Positions 38,300 to 51,902 are shown, counted from the first letter of the stretch. The stretch is DNA of 64,000 nucleotides from Microbotryum violaceum (GCA_001244265.2 CDLV01000008.1:1798001-1862000), one strand, 5' to 3'. Numbers and translations: made by a program. The notes: generated by a model not told the origin, from the letters alone.

Positions 38300-38457
38300 C
38301 CAGTGGGATCCCGTTAAATTAACGGGCGGATGAAGTTCAAATCACATGAGAATCGAAGAACAGTCTACATGATTTCAGCACAGGTAAACAAAAAAAAAAA
38401 AAAAAAAACCCAAAATAAAACGCAAAAAAAACCATTCATCGCCGAAACAGCCTGCCC

Positions 38458-38630
38458 ATTCAAACATTCGTGCAATGAGATCTGGACGGTGGCATGCTTT
38501 GTCGTTCGGCCACAGTGCAGCCTTGATTTCCGGCCATTCCCGAATGGAGTCGCGCGTCACCGTGATGAACAGCCCGGAGGCTTTCCATGTGCCATCGTAG
38601 CTTCCGTGCAAGTAGTACGCAAAGAGTTGT
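38458..38630 (-). mobile_element. Helitron Rep (Helitron_like_N) fragment
   Basis: LFITVTRDSIREWPEIKAALWPNDKACHRPDLIARMF, with HGKP upstream in another frame. This matches the Helitron GKPDLFITxTxNxxWPEI..DRPDLxARVF motif. Confidence 0.75.
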
Positions 38631-39700
38631 GAGGCTGACACCGTTGGCGCGCCGCATCACGTGACAAACGCCAGCCTCGCCCCGCGTCAGGCGTCAGGCG
38701 TCAGGCGCCAGGCCGCCAAGCGGAGCTCTGCTGTAGAAGCAATGGCATACAAAGCCACGCGCTTGCCATCCATTAAATACAATATAAGTGTTCTCACCGT
38801 TTGACATCAACGAAAAAGTGAAGGAAAATACAGGGAACGCTGTAGCTTCGTTCGACCGGCACCAAAAATACAAAAATTGCCCCAGAGCTTGTACATGACT
38901 TCTGATCGGAACATGGACACCACAGGCAGGTGCGGCAGACACAACAGTGTGCTGGTACATCCACCATAGGCGGCCCACCGAGTTAAAAACAGCGATTTTA
39001 GGTACATTCCTTAACTCACACTTTTTTTGACTAGTTAGGGTAATAGGGTAACTAGCTGGAATTATGACTTAAAACTTGAAACTCTGGCCGGCGCGGTCCA
39101 GTATTTCAGCGCTGACCTCGAATGTCCAGAACATATCTCAACCTGCAACCTCGATTTCGACAATGTGAAGTGCTAATTTGCCAACATTTTTGAATTTATC
39201 GATGGGACGCAAGCACCTCTCTGGGCTGCTGCGACTGGTGCAGAGTGTCTGAGTGTGCACGTGACGACCGCTCCAATTCCCCAAAGGCCTCAACGATTAG
39301 CGCATTAGCGATCAGCGCTGATCGATCAGATCTACAAATGACGGCTGCTCGTCGCGGAGGTGCTTCGCCGCGCTGCTCTCCCGCCCGACGTCCACTCTCG
39401 TCATTTCCGGCTCGGGCTTGGCAACGAGCTCATCCCTCGTCGACGCAGCATCGTCTTGGCATTCGCCATCTCGTGTTGACCTCTTTCTTCTGCTTCCTAT
39501 CCCCCACTCGCCAACTTCCGAACATTGGCAGCCGAGACACCTCGTTCAAAATTGAGACCAGCTGGCTCGCGCTTCTTATCACGTTTCCGCATTGGGCTCC
39601 CCTCGGTGCCTCGCTCCGCCCCACCAGTGCCACCACCGACCGCCCTGACACGCCTCATCCGCTTCTGTGCTGCTGTACCTGACGAACGCATAGACAAGGG

Positions 39701-42400
39701 ATGGTCTTCATCATCCGATCGTCGACGCTGGCCGAATTAGAGAATGCCCCGAACCCTCTGCCGGCGCTCGTGCTGGTCGTAGTCGAATCGCAAGTGCCTC
39801 CCCCTCCGCCCCTCCGCCCTTGCATTTGTTTCCTGGCTTTCCTGGCATGCCGGAGAAAAGCGGCCCCGGTGTTGTTCGGAGCTGACGCTCAGCCTTTATC
39901 CTCTCTTTTCTTCTTCACACCATGCTGCATGGCATCACAGCATATTGGAAGTATTTTTTCTCTGGTCAGTAGCTCATACTCCAGATGAAATGTACCCCTG
40001 TTGGATCATCACCTCTTGGCACTGACTCGCTCAGCTTCTCGCCTCGCCTTTGCCCCCCACTTGCGATCTCCGCGGCTTTCCGCCATGCAATCGGTCTCAA
40101 TTTGACGTCATAGTCTCGTAGGATGGATCCTTGCCAAGAAAGGAATCGTCGACGACAAGGCCAAAAAGGTTCGTTCATCATCATCCACGCTTTGTCACGG
40201 AACAGTAGACTGATCTACCAGCGAGTCTCATCTCACAGATCTTAAACAAACGTCGGTCCTTGATCCGACCACCGCGGCGTCCCTCAAACCTCGGAGGTCA
40301 TTAATCGATGTAAATGTTTCACAGTCAATGTTTCCCTCTTCACTCCCGCTCTCCTCTTCTCCAAAGTCGCCTTCTCCCTCACCCCGGACAAACTTGCGGA
40401 CCTCATCATCATTCCGATCGGGTTCGTCATCTGCACCGTTTTCTCCGCCGGCGTCGCGTTCGCCATCGCCAAGGTGTTTCGACTCAAAAAGGCGCAGAGG
40501 AACTTTGCGATCGCGTGTACCATGTTTCAAAACTCCAACTCGCTGCCTGTTAGTTTCCGTCGCGCTGATCGGTGTTTGCGCCTCCCGTGCCCTTGGAACG
40601 AGGGTCTGACCTGACCCGATTGTATCACACCAGATCGCTTTGATGCAGTCCCTAATTAGGGAAAAGATGCCTCTGAGATGGGGACCCCACGACACCAAGG
40701 ACCAGATGCTCGGTCGAGCCTTATCCTACCTCGTCCTGTTCTCAACCCTCGGCATCATCGTTCGATGGTCATTCGGAGTGCGATTATTGACCTCTGCGGA
40801 AACTGAGCAGGACGAGCTTGAATCGGTGGATGAGGAGGACGGCGAGGGGGTCGAAGACCTCGATGTTTCGCCGGACCTCGATGCGACGTCGCCCTTGTTG
40901 GACTCGGACGAATACCGCTCCAAGCATCGCAGGAGAACGGCGAGTGGATTGCTGTCGAGCAACGGCAAGCGCGCAGGCAACAAGCCTTCCCATTTGGGAA
41001 ACGGGATCGAAAATGGTATCGAAGGAGCTGGAGCATGGACTCAGTCTCAGGCCGAAGGGGAGGATCACGAATCGAGGACTTCGAGTGAAGATTCAATCGA
41101 CGGCGACACGGCGGGATCGGTCAAATCCAAGAACGGCAACGGAACGGCCAAGAATGGGACCTTGCTTGTTAAAGAGCCAGAAGAGCTGCCCCCCTCCGCG
41201 CCCCTCAGTGTAAATCCCAATGCTACGCCGCGACCGAACAAAAAGCGCACCGCCGATCGTATCTTTATGAGTTTCCCCAATACGCCGATCCCTTCGCAAT
41301 ACGGGAGTGAGGTCGACGACGAGGATCGGGAGTACTCGGATGATGATGAAGAGGATCAGGAGATGAGGGAATGGGGACCCAAGAGTCCGGCTCCGGCAAG
41401 GGGAGATCGCGATGGGTGGTTCGAGGGAGAGCGGGCGCAAGCTGTTCGGCGCACGTTCACAAAAGTACGGAGACCGATCAAGAGGTTTGGGATCAAAATT
41501 GGCGCATTCGTGAGTCTGCTTTGGAGCGATAAGACCGCTCTTGCTCGTGTGCTGACTGCTCGGTCGATGTGTCTGCAGATGACTGTACCGTTGTGGGCCG
41601 CGTTGCTTTCGCTCGTCGTGGCCTGCATCCCTCCTCTTCAGTGGGCTCTGAACGAAGCCGAGCCCTTGAAATCGTTAGTAGGCACCTTGACGTCTGTCCG
41701 ACATGGTACGCTCAAACTGATGCCGATCATGTGGTGTGCAATAGAGCGATCAAAAACGCCGGCGATTGCTCCGTCCCAATCACGCTCGTCACCCTCGGCG
41801 CCTACTTCTACCGCCCCTCTGCACCCACCTCACCCTCAGACCCCAAGCTAACTTTCTGGGAGCGCCTGAATCCATTCCGTAAACTGACCGCCGCCGAACG
41901 TCGTGAACGTCGAAGAACGTCGAGTCCTGGAGAGACGCGGACCGTGCTCGTTGCGGTCTTCAGTCGGATGATAATCGTTCCTGCCTTGCTGATCCCCATC
42001 TTTGGGTACTACGCGGCTATGACGGTCAACGTCGCGGACGATCCCATCTTTGTCGTTGTCGCTTGCCTTCTCATTGGGTTCGTCTACCGTCGTTCTGAGT
42101 TTTCGGCGAAGCACGACGTGGCGGGCTAACGTTGATTCGACCCGGATCTATACAGGAGCCCAACGGCCATCACCTTGGCGCAAATCACGTCCAGCGCTTC
42201 GGGCGAGATGTTCGAGAAACTCATTTCGAGAACCTTGTTCGTTTCATATGCCATCATGACGTGAGTGGTCTTTTTTTCCGTATAGGTGATCTCGGCGAAT
42301 TACGAGAGCTGATAGAGTCTTTTTGCACTGTTCTGCCAGCCCTCCTTGTACGATCGCGTTGGTGCTCGCTGCGTTGCGCATTGATCAAAATCAGCAATGA
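39701..42400 (+). CDS. Auxin efflux carrier / PILS-like (Mem_trans) membrane transporter, about 10 exons
   Basis: Spliced SILEVFFLCLVGWILAKKG..LNKLNVSLFTPALLFSKVAFSL..FQNSNSLP..GDCSVPITLVTLGAY..DDPIFVVVACLLIGSPTAITLAQI. Includes a GC-AG first intron and a 13-nt exon. Confidence 0.88.
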
Positions 42401-42766
42401 ACGGGGGCCCTGCCTTCGTCTCCGCGATTCCGAGTCGAGATGCCGGGAACGCGGTTGCAGGATCAGGATTCAGGTGAATGGTCCCTGCCTCGCTTGTGTA
42501 TCTGTGAAGTATCTTTTGGTGTGTATTCTTTGTGTGAATGCACGTGTAGCTCTTTCTTGGCGAGTAGAACTGTTTGCGTACGAATGGGAAGTTTGTGAGC
42601 GTCGGCGATCGTTTCGGCAGTGGTCGGCCGGCGTGACTTTGTCCTCTTCTGGCATATGACGTCGGCGTAGCGCTCTCTCTTGCGCTCGCACTCGCCACCA
42701 AGTCGTGCACCGCCCGTCAAGTTTAACAACAGGTGATCAAAAACGCTTTGACTAGTCGGTCGCGTC

Positions 42767-44550
42767 ATGAATCCTGCACTCTTGCCTCGCCTGCGTGCGC
42801 CGTTTCGTCTTCTGCGTAACTATCCGCCGCCCACGACACGTCCATCGCCTCCGCCACGTCACGCCTTCTCAACTGGTTCCGGATCTTTGTTGGCCGGTCA
42901 TACTTCAAGCATCACTTCACAAGCAATCGGATACGAGAAACATGGTGACCCTTGTGAGGAGGGGACTCTGGACGTGCTCGAGTATGAACTACCTCGTTTG
43001 CAGAAGGGTCAAGTGAGGCTTAGGTTCGAGATGAGTGCATTGAGTGAGTCGTATTGTGCTTCGTTATCGAGCTTGGGTTAGAGCGTGCATGCTTCGAGAT
43101 GCTGAGGATCTTTGTTGTTTGGGGTTCGAATGCGGTTAGATCCGGCAGATATTGTTAGTCTAATTCGGTGGGGCTTTCTACGCTACTTCGTCTGATCAGC
43201 TTGCTTCATACCCACGTTCACGTAGAACGTCATACAAGGGGTATACCCAACTAAACCAACCGCTCAAACAATCAATGGGAGAACGTTCACGGTTATGGGG
43301 AATGAAGGTACCGCTATCGTAGAAGGTTTCGAGGAAGACGGAAAAGTCGAACACGAGTTCCACGTCGGAGATCGAGGTGAGCTTCGATTTTCGTGACGAC
43401 CTTTTGCTGTTTCAAGGCAGTTGGAAGGCTGATAGGGCTAGGCGTTGAATTATTTCTCGATGTTAGTCGTTATGGCCAAGGCGCAGATGGGTACGTTTGA
43501 GCTGTGGCTCGATTTCATTTCCGAGGGCGAAGAACTCTTGTGCATTTCCCGCCTTTCGGATTTCGAGCCTGATTCCTGATCTCCGCCGCAATTCATCATC
43601 TAATCACAAAACGTCCAAACTCCTGACCTATCAAACAGGAACATGGCAAACCCATCTCAACGCCTTCCCATCCGAGCTAATCCGACTGCCTCCTTCGAGC
43701 CATAACACAACTTCGACTAGCCTGACAGCGTCCCAAGCCGCAACGCTCTGCATCAACCCTCCGACAGCGTTCCGAATGCTATCGGACAACTTGTCGATCA
43801 ATCATAACTCGTCATCTAATCGACCACAATGGGTCATTCAGAACGGTGCCAATTCGGCGGTCGGGGAAAGTGTGATTCAATTAGCTCGAATTTGGGGAAT
43901 CAAAACGGTGAACCTCGTTCGAGTGAGGAGTACGGAACAAGAAACTGCGAGTTTGAAAAAAGACTTGAAATCGTTAGGCGCTGACGTCGTTTTGACGTAC
44001 GATGAGTTTTTACGAAAAGGTGGACCGGAGGAAGTTAAGGTTTTGGTTGGGAAGGATGAAGGTGCGGAGCTTAAATTGGCGTTGAATTGCGTTGGAGGGG
44101 ATGAGATTAAAGGGATGTTGAAGGTGCTGGATCGGGGCGCCAAGTTGGTCACGTATGGTGGGATGGCCAAGAAGGGGTTGACTTTGCCGCCGAGTATGTT
44201 CATCTTCAAGGATTTGATCGCGTACGTCCTTTTCTGTGTCCGTTCCGGATCGTGGCGCATACGATTTTATGACTGAGACGGGGTCGTTTTTGTGTGCTTT
44301 TTACAGTAAAGGGTTTTGGCTCTCTAATTGGGTCAAGCAACAAAACGACAATGGCCAAGCCCGTCTCGAGATGATGCACCAACTCGTCTCGTTTATCGAA
44401 GCCGGCCAATTCGTCACGCCCAAAGTCGAGATCGTTTCGTTGGGACCCAAAAGTGGACTCAGTATCGAGGAAGCCAAAAGTCGGGTCAGGGAAGTTATGA
44501 AGCGGCAGATGGAGGGTAGGACCAAGAAGGTTTTGTTCGATTTCGAGTAA
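42767..44550 (+). CDS. ETR1: Mitochondrial 2-enoyl thioester reductase (MDR family)
   Basis: Arg-rich presequence; NPADINVIQGVYP, GNEG, AATLCINPPTAFRML, IQNGANSAVG, LALNCVGG, LVTYGGM, IFKDL..GFWL. Confidence 0.9.
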
Positions 44551-44731
44551 GCGAATTACGTGGAGCCAGGTTTGGGGTTCAATGAATTAGAAATTGCAAG
44601 CAAAATGTTGTTCTAAAGACGCAGAGTCTACACGGCGAGTAAAGACAGGCGTGATGCTGCATACGAGCAGCTTCAGATGCCAAGAAGCGGCTTACGAATA
44701 AAAGCCTAGTCGAAAGCTCACCGATCCGAGC

Positions 44732-46980
44732 TCAGAACTCGTATCCATGATCGAAGCCGGCATCGACACCATGCGAGATCCACGACATCATATCACCGGC
44801 ATACGAGTCGTCATTACCGTCCGTTGCTCCGCCCAAGAGGTCCTTCTTGACCTCGTCGGCTTCCTCTTCTTCATCCTCTTCCTCCTGAGCGTCATCGAGC
44901 TCGATCGCTTCCTCGTGGGGATGCTCTTCGTCACCCGAACTAACATCCTCGTCGTCGTCCTCTTCGTCCTCCTCTTCGTCTTCGTCATCCTCATCATGAT
45001 CATCAGTCGAATCATCCAACTCCACCTCAAGTCGAACATAGTCCTGATTCTGCGCCAACTCATTCCCTTCAAACGTCAAGCCAGCTTTGCGCCTCTTCTC
45101 CGCCCTACCCTGCCCCTCCCCCTTTCCCGCTCCCTCCCCCTCATCAGCTTTCCTCTTCTCACCTACAGTCCATTCCGGTCCCGCATTCCAATCGATCCCC
45201 AATTCCTCCGCACCCTCCTTCTTACCCCCCTCACCATCTTTCTTGGCATCATTCCTCCTCCTCAAAACATGAGGCAATTTACACCCCTTCTCCTCACAAA
45301 CTCCCGTCTCACTAAACCTAGGACATTCATTCGCATGCCTCGAACGACATTTTCCCCCCAATTCACACCAACCATATTCGACGAAAGGTCGACAAATCGT
45401 CGATTCGGATAAAGGTGGGAGTCCATCGATATGGGAGAATGGGCAATTCGGTCGACGGGTACAATGTGGGTGATGAATGCAATGAGGTGAACGGTGAGCG
45501 TTAGGTTCGTGAGAGAGCGTACAGGTCAAAGAGTCGAAGGCGCATTTGGAACGCAGGAAGTTGGGGCAGATCGAGACGCGGTGCGAATCGTGGATGTAGC
45601 GGCAGCGGAGACCGTTCGTGCATTGGCCTGGGGGGGGGGGGGGATGTAAGGCGTGAGTGGGGGTGAGGACGAAGGGACGTACCGGTTAATGAAAGAGGTC
45701 ATCGAAAGGGGTGCGGAACATGAAAGGTCAGAAAATGTAAGGATCGCAGCAAGCTCTTATGTCGGGGGTCGGATTCGATGCAAAAGCAAGCCACGATCGA
45801 CGGCGCGTGGGTTCGAGTGGGTTCTCACCGGTTTTCTGGAAAAAGCGACAGAGCTTCATCGACTTGGGTCGAGTTGAGGTGCTGTATGGAACAAAAGGAT
45901 GAGCTCGACCACTGAATCGGGTGCTCTCTAACAATGTCAGCATTCACGACGAACCTCTTGGCACCGCCTCTACCACCCCTCTTGGAACCCCTCGTCCTCC
46001 TCGAAGTAGCGCCATTCCTCGCATTCTGAACATCACTGACGATCCCGACCAGTCGATCGAGTCGAGCCTTCTTGGCTTCAAAGTCCTTCTTGTCGCTCAG
46101 TTCTTTTCTCTTGCGCGCGACGTCGAGGGAGATGAGGTTGCCGTTCTTGGTGCGGATGTAAGTCGTGCCCGAGACGGAGGCGCGACGCGGGGTCACTGCT
46201 TTAGTCGGGTCCGAGCTCGAGCTCGTTGATGCGATCGTTGGGGCTGGAGGGAGTGATTGTGTCAGATATTTTGGGACAAGAGCGAGGGGGAGTGCGAGCT
46301 GGGGCCTTACTGGTGGTGGCCGAGGTCTTGCGAATGAGCTTATGGGCCCTTGCGTCGGTGATGAACTTGACTCCATCGATGAGGACCTCCTTCATGGGCG
46401 CATGGCGAGATGTGCTCGCAGGTGGAGCGGTGGTGGACAGGGTGGTGGAAGTAGTGGTCGATGACGGGGACGTGGTGGAGGTTGATTCGGTCTTGATCGT
46501 CGTCAAGGTCGAGGTCGCTGCAGGGCTCTGGTCCTTGTTGAGCACGAGGACCTTGTTGCGGAAGCCTCCTACGGGAACAGGTGGTCTTGACGTGGTCGTA
46601 CGGGGTGCGGTCGATGACGATGCTGGTGATGGTGTTGTGGCTGAGGAAGTGCGAGCCAGTGCGGGTGCGTGCCATGTGGCGTTGCGATGAACGAACGCGC
46701 CTCCTCTACCTCCCCACCCTCTCGCCCCTCTCCCCCTCGACGCCCCTCTACCCCTGGAGTTACCTCGACCATAGTCCCAAGTCGTGGGGTAAATGGGTGC
46801 TTCTACTGTGGCGGCTACGTGGGCCTTGTGCTGCGCGATCGCATCTGTGCGGACAGGGGGTTGGTGGCGGTCCGGCAGTGCTAGTCAGCGCACACGGCAC
46901 GATCACCATAGTCGGGACGGATGCAATCAACACGTACTGGACAGTCGAGCAATCTCGGCTTGAATTGCATTTTCGTTCAT
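44732..46980 (-). CDS. Multi-CCCH zinc-finger protein, Red5/ZC3H3-like, 4 exons
   Basis: Starts MNENAIQAEIARLS. Five tandem CCCH fingers (CRFFQKTGQCTNGLRCRYIH, CPNFLRSKC..CTLSH, CIH..C..CPFSH, CRPFVEYGWCELGGKCRSRH, CPRFSETGVC..CKLPH) and an acidic tail. Confidence 0.75.
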
Positions 46981-47335
46981 CTTGTCCGGAGTTGGGGATG
47001 TGTCGGGTGCGGTGCGCTCAGAGTGCAGAGCGAACAGGTGGTGGTGACCAGGCGCAGGCGCTTTACCTCCGAGTGCAAGTCGCTTCTAAAGTGCTTCTAA
47101 TGTCAAATTGACGCGCGACTTGGCTGTAATATCCGACGCGTCCGCGCGCACCAAGGAACGCCAGTTACCGTTTCACTTTGGACTCATTTCACTCTGGGCT
47201 GTTTTCACTACTGCATTTCACTTTGCTCATTTCACTTTGACCCACTATTAACCAACTTTGCCGCGTCGGGCGCGTCCAACCAACCTCAACCCCCCGCCCC
47301 CCATCACTCCTCGCTGCCCGGCGTCCCCAACAGCG

Positions 47336-50300
47336 ATGGCCGACCCAAGAAGTCAAAGGCGCATTCCCGTCGTCGTGGGTGATCAAGACTTCGGCATGGT
47401 CGGCGCACCTCGAACGGCCACTGAGCAAGGAGGTCGCACCCACCATCTTTCACCTCGCGACTCGGAGGGTCATCTCACTTTAACCCAGCGCGTCTCCGAG
47501 CCACTCGACACCACCACGAATCAAACTTCATCTACCGTCAACGGAGCACCTACCAGCAACCCTAGTAGATTAGATCCAGCTCATCTTACTACGACCGTCC
47601 ACGCCGATGCGAGTCGTGGGGTCAACGCGTCGCGCGGCGACCAGCAAACCCCGCCCGCCTCATCGTCCCCACTACCGGCGGTACGGACGAGCGAGGCACC
47701 CCTGTTCCGATCGCCCAGCAGCGACGGGGAGGAAGATCACTCCTACAGCCAACGCGAGGACCGAGTACTCCCCTCTCTCGTCCACGCTCACCGAGCGTCC
47801 AACCGCGACGACAAGGAGAATGCTTCCCTCGCCGCCCGTCCTCCGAATAATGGTGTCGTCGGCGCCAGCACCCACACCCACAGCGGCGCCGTAGCAGGTC
47901 CACCCTCCCCGACCAACTCATCGCCTCAGTCGAGCCTTACTCCTCCTCCACCCGAACCATCGGATGCTCGGGAACGTCCCATGAAACGACCCAAGCATGC
48001 CTCCTCGTCCCAACTCGAACTCGCGACTGCCGATGGCGCTCGACCCAAGACGACGATCCCTTCCCCGCCCTATTACAGCGTCGTACGGTCCAAACCCAAC
48101 TCTCCTGCGAACCCACACGTCCTACGTATACACCCGGGTGTGACCGACGCCCCCAACAGCCGCGTCAGTTGGCCCAAGAATGTGACACCGGGAGAACGCG
48201 TCGCCGGCAAAGTGAACTGGTACGAGCTGCAGTCCAAAGAGACCGGCACCCATAAGCTGTGGAGGATCAACTTGGGTCACTCGTTGGCTCGAGATCTCAA
48301 TCTGGACGATGGAGGTATGTGAACCTCGCGAAGATCTTGCCTCTCGATCTCGGGAAGATAAATAGGACCTGCTACTTACGCTCGTTCCCTCCTTCTCTGC
48401 AGCGGGCGAGGCCTGGATTCTCGATTCGTGGCCCGACGACTACGTCTTTGCGATCCACCATTCATCATCGACCTCTTCTCACAAGGATCGAACGGACCCT
48501 TACCTCTTTGGCTCACCCGCGACCAAAAAATTTCGTTCCGTCAACGAGTTTGCGCCTCACCTGTTCTGGCTCGCGAGTCGTTGGTCGGACGAGGGCATGA
48601 GATGTTATTGCAAATACTGCAACGGCAACAAACTACAACGCGTCGTAAATCATGATCTAGGTCTGAACCAATCACCGCTCTCTGGCGGTCGCTCTACCCC
48701 TGGCTCCATGCGCCCGCCGGGAGCATCAAGACCGAGCTCGCCCGCTCGATCGAATGGATCCTCAGCGGGAGGCGCGCCTTCATCGATCAAAAAGGCGAAA
48801 CGAGTGCAGAGTAGCCTGATCCCAGAAGATCAGAAGGCATCGCATGCATCGAATGGCGTCAAATCATCCAAAGTCAATGGCGTGGCCATCGTCGGAACGA
48901 GCAAACCCACCCCGGCGCAGTTCAAGACGCGTACCCTGGGCCCGACCTACAACGGCACGTACACGAACAAACAACGCGACATGGACCTCGGAGACGGTGC
49001 TCGGTATCGTTATTGCGAGCTCGTGTGGGTGCGCCTACCCGAACCTTTGCGCGACCTTTTGGTTCCCGACTCCGAGGCAGAGGGCCACGTTCCTGACTTG
49101 ACTTGTTGGCCCGCATTGGTTTCGGATCGATCGGTCAAGATCGAGTCGATCAAAGTCCCCTCCGCGGTACCGGGTGGCGCACCTACGATCCGTAACACCG
49201 AGACGTTCGTGTACTCAGCCAAACTACTTGCCGCGTTCGACGAATTGACGCTACTCAAGGAAACGTCCGTCATGCCTTGGAAGGCTTACGAAGCTGATCG
49301 GAATTTGACGCGACGAGATCTGATCCTCTCGCCCGAAGCGATTGCTCATGTTTGGGATGGCGTAGAATCGCATCGACCTCGAATGGAGGAATTTAATGGT
49401 GACCTCCGAGCCGCGTCGACGAGTTTCTCCTTGGCGGCTCAAATCGCAGCGCATCTTGTCGTCACTTTTTCGTTGATGGACAAGTACAAATTGCTTGATG
49501 ATCATATCAAGTTTGACCACAAGGTCGTGCTCAGTCAGGAACAGAAGGTACGGGTTGAAGAACAACTTTCGGCGTCGTATTATCAACAAATGTGGTCCGG
49601 TCCAGAGTTGATGTGGTCAGGCGAAATGGTAAGGTTGAAACTCGACGCCGAAGCGATCATTCATCCATTCGCGAAAGGTTCGGAGCCTATTATCCGTGTG
49701 AATGGCAAGTTGGCCAAAGGGGCGAATTTGAGGAGTCTACTTTTCAAGACGACGGGTATTTACCGCACGGCGAAGAGTTCGGGAATGCTCGCTGGCAAAC
49801 TTTATGAACTGAGACCTATCGCCGAAGGGGACGACTCGAGTACCGTCGCTGTAACGACTTTGACTTCGCCAAACAAGACGGGATCGATGTTTCAAAGCGC
49901 TTTGAGCAAGACCAAGAACTTCTTTGGTGGATCGACATCGGCAGCGGCAGCGGCATCCGCATCGAACACACCGAGCTCGCTTAACGGTTCTGGCGCAGGC
50001 CCTAGCACCGCCAATAATCTCAGCAAGCCTGTGGAGGAGTTGCGTGATCCTTACATCCCGCCCGCGCCCCCCGGCTACGAATTTCATTGCCTCACCCATC
50101 CGAACGAGAACGTCCACGTCTCAACGGGCTACCTAGCCGGCCGCTACCACCCATTACCGAACAACATGTTCCGCTCGCGATCGGACGTTGACAAAGCGAT
50201 CGCGAGGATACCGGCGCTGCAGAATTATGAAGCGGCGAGGGCGAGAGACCCGGTCAAAGATACGCTGACGATGCTGGAGAGGCAGTTGGCGATGGCGGGT

Positions 50301-50696
50301 TTGACACCGGGGTTTTGGTCCCATTCAGAGGTGAGCTGTAGGACTTGTTTCCGGAGCACGGTTGCTTCGGAACTGATTTGGGGGTTTATCTCTACTTGTG
50401 TAAGGTGTATGTTTGGTGTCGCACTCGTCACGACGCTGTCATTGCCTCTGAAGAGAAGGGTCAGGTCAGTGCATTTTTAGATCTTGTCCTGCAAGTACGT
50501 CATGTTAATCTGGCTTTTTTTTCGTTTTTTTTTCCTTATTTTACAGAAAGAGATGTTTGAATTCTTTAAAACGAACTTGACACCAGAAGTGATTGAGCGC
50601 GTCGCTGCGATCAGTAAGGAGAAGCGAGTCGCTCGCGTGCAGCTTTCACCGCCCCTGGGGTTGGAAAATGGCGATGGGGGGAGCAAGGAAGGATAA
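47336..50696 (+). CDS. clr2: Cryptic loci regulator 2 (Clr2)-like heterochromatin/SHREC protein, 4 exons
   Basis: The N-terminal domain WILDSWPDDY..RTDPYLFGSP..FRSVNEFAPHLFWL..CYCKYC and the C-terminal MWSGPELMWSGEMVRL..LAGRYHP match the two Clr2 domains. Confidence 0.78.
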
Positions 50697-50989
50697 GGTG
50701 GTGATGCGGCACAGGATGAGATGGGGGCGAAGATGAAGGGTGTGAAGAGTGGTCGAAATTTGGCTGTCGAGGTTGAATTGGGTGACGCGAAGTATACGAT
50801 CGATGGCGATCGTCCCCCCCTTTTTTGGCGACACGAGGTGAACGATTTTTTTTAGTGGGGCTTGGCTTGGACGGGCTGTCAATGATGTTTTAAGTTTTCT
50901 TCCCGAATGATGTCAAGGGGTAGTGTATTTCTGGGGTATCTTTGACTTTTTCTTCGTGTTCTTTTCTTCTTCTTTGTAATCAGCAGCAT

Positions 50990-51770
50990 ATCCACAACCC
51001 CATACTTTCAGTCTTGGAGGGCGCTGTTAGCCGAGTTAGGCGCTTTTTGTCAATGCTTTTCATGAGGTGGATCTAGGCCACCAGGGTGAAAGTTCCCTCT
51101 TTGGACAACCAGAGAACACTCAAGAAAGTCTTTGGATAGTATAAAGCTTGTTTGAGCTAGAGCGTGGGGTTGTGCTACCGCCGCGACGAAGCACTTGGGT
51201 GTGCGACTACGCCGAAAAAGCGGGCACGAGGACCCGCCGCTTCTTCGTGGCGAGTCGAGATTCGGAAGACGGCTCCTTGATAGAGTAGCCCCGCAATCGG
51301 GTGTCTTACCGATAATTGATGATCATCAACAGACTGAAAATAAACAGAAGTTAAAATCGCAACACTTTGTCTGGATCGTTCGAACTCGGTCCGAATGGTG
51401 CAACGTAATGACACAATGGGAAACTTAATGAGAACCAAGCAGGGCTCCTGGCATGCTCTTTGAATCGAGATTTTTGTTTAACCGTTTCGTGATCGGACGG
51501 TGGCCCGATCGGATAGTGAGATGGGAGAGCTTCGGTGCCCTCCTTTGGAGGTGTGGATCATTATGGGTCTTCGAATTTGTACCAACCCTTGCGGGTGACA
51601 CGGTGATTCTTGGTCAGCTCGGCGAGTGAAATTGCGCGGTTCCTCGAGGGGTCGGTGGAACGCCTCGTCGGGGTGAGCTGTGGCCGAGACATTGGCCTCA
51701 TTTTCCGACGCGCGTACTGCGATCTCATAAACTAGTGCGCTGGTCGAGGATTCGACTTAAATGAAGATAT
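50990..51770 (+). ncRNA. Candidate structured non-coding RNA (partial RNase MRP-like motifs)
   Basis: Dense local and long-range complementarity with G-U pairs on the + strand. GAAAGTTCCC (about 51088) and ACAATGGGAAACTTA (about 51413) resemble the P4 halves but are imperfect. Confidence 0.35.
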
Positions 51771-51902
51771 CGATAAATAGTAGTGACAACAACGAATTAT
51801 GGATGTGGGTACAAAACATACTTCTACTCGTGGTCATCCTCGCTGGCTACCGTACGAAACCCCTGAGCTCGGCTCCTTTTACCGGCTTTCCTTCCTCGGT
51901 AC

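Noticed and set aside
44747..45412. Hydrophobic plus-strand ORF resembling a membrane protein
   Set aside because: Antisense of the acidic tail of the CCCH gene.
50993..51002. Telomerase template
   Set aside because: CACAACCCCA does not match a TTAGGG template, and the telomere repeat of this species is unknown.
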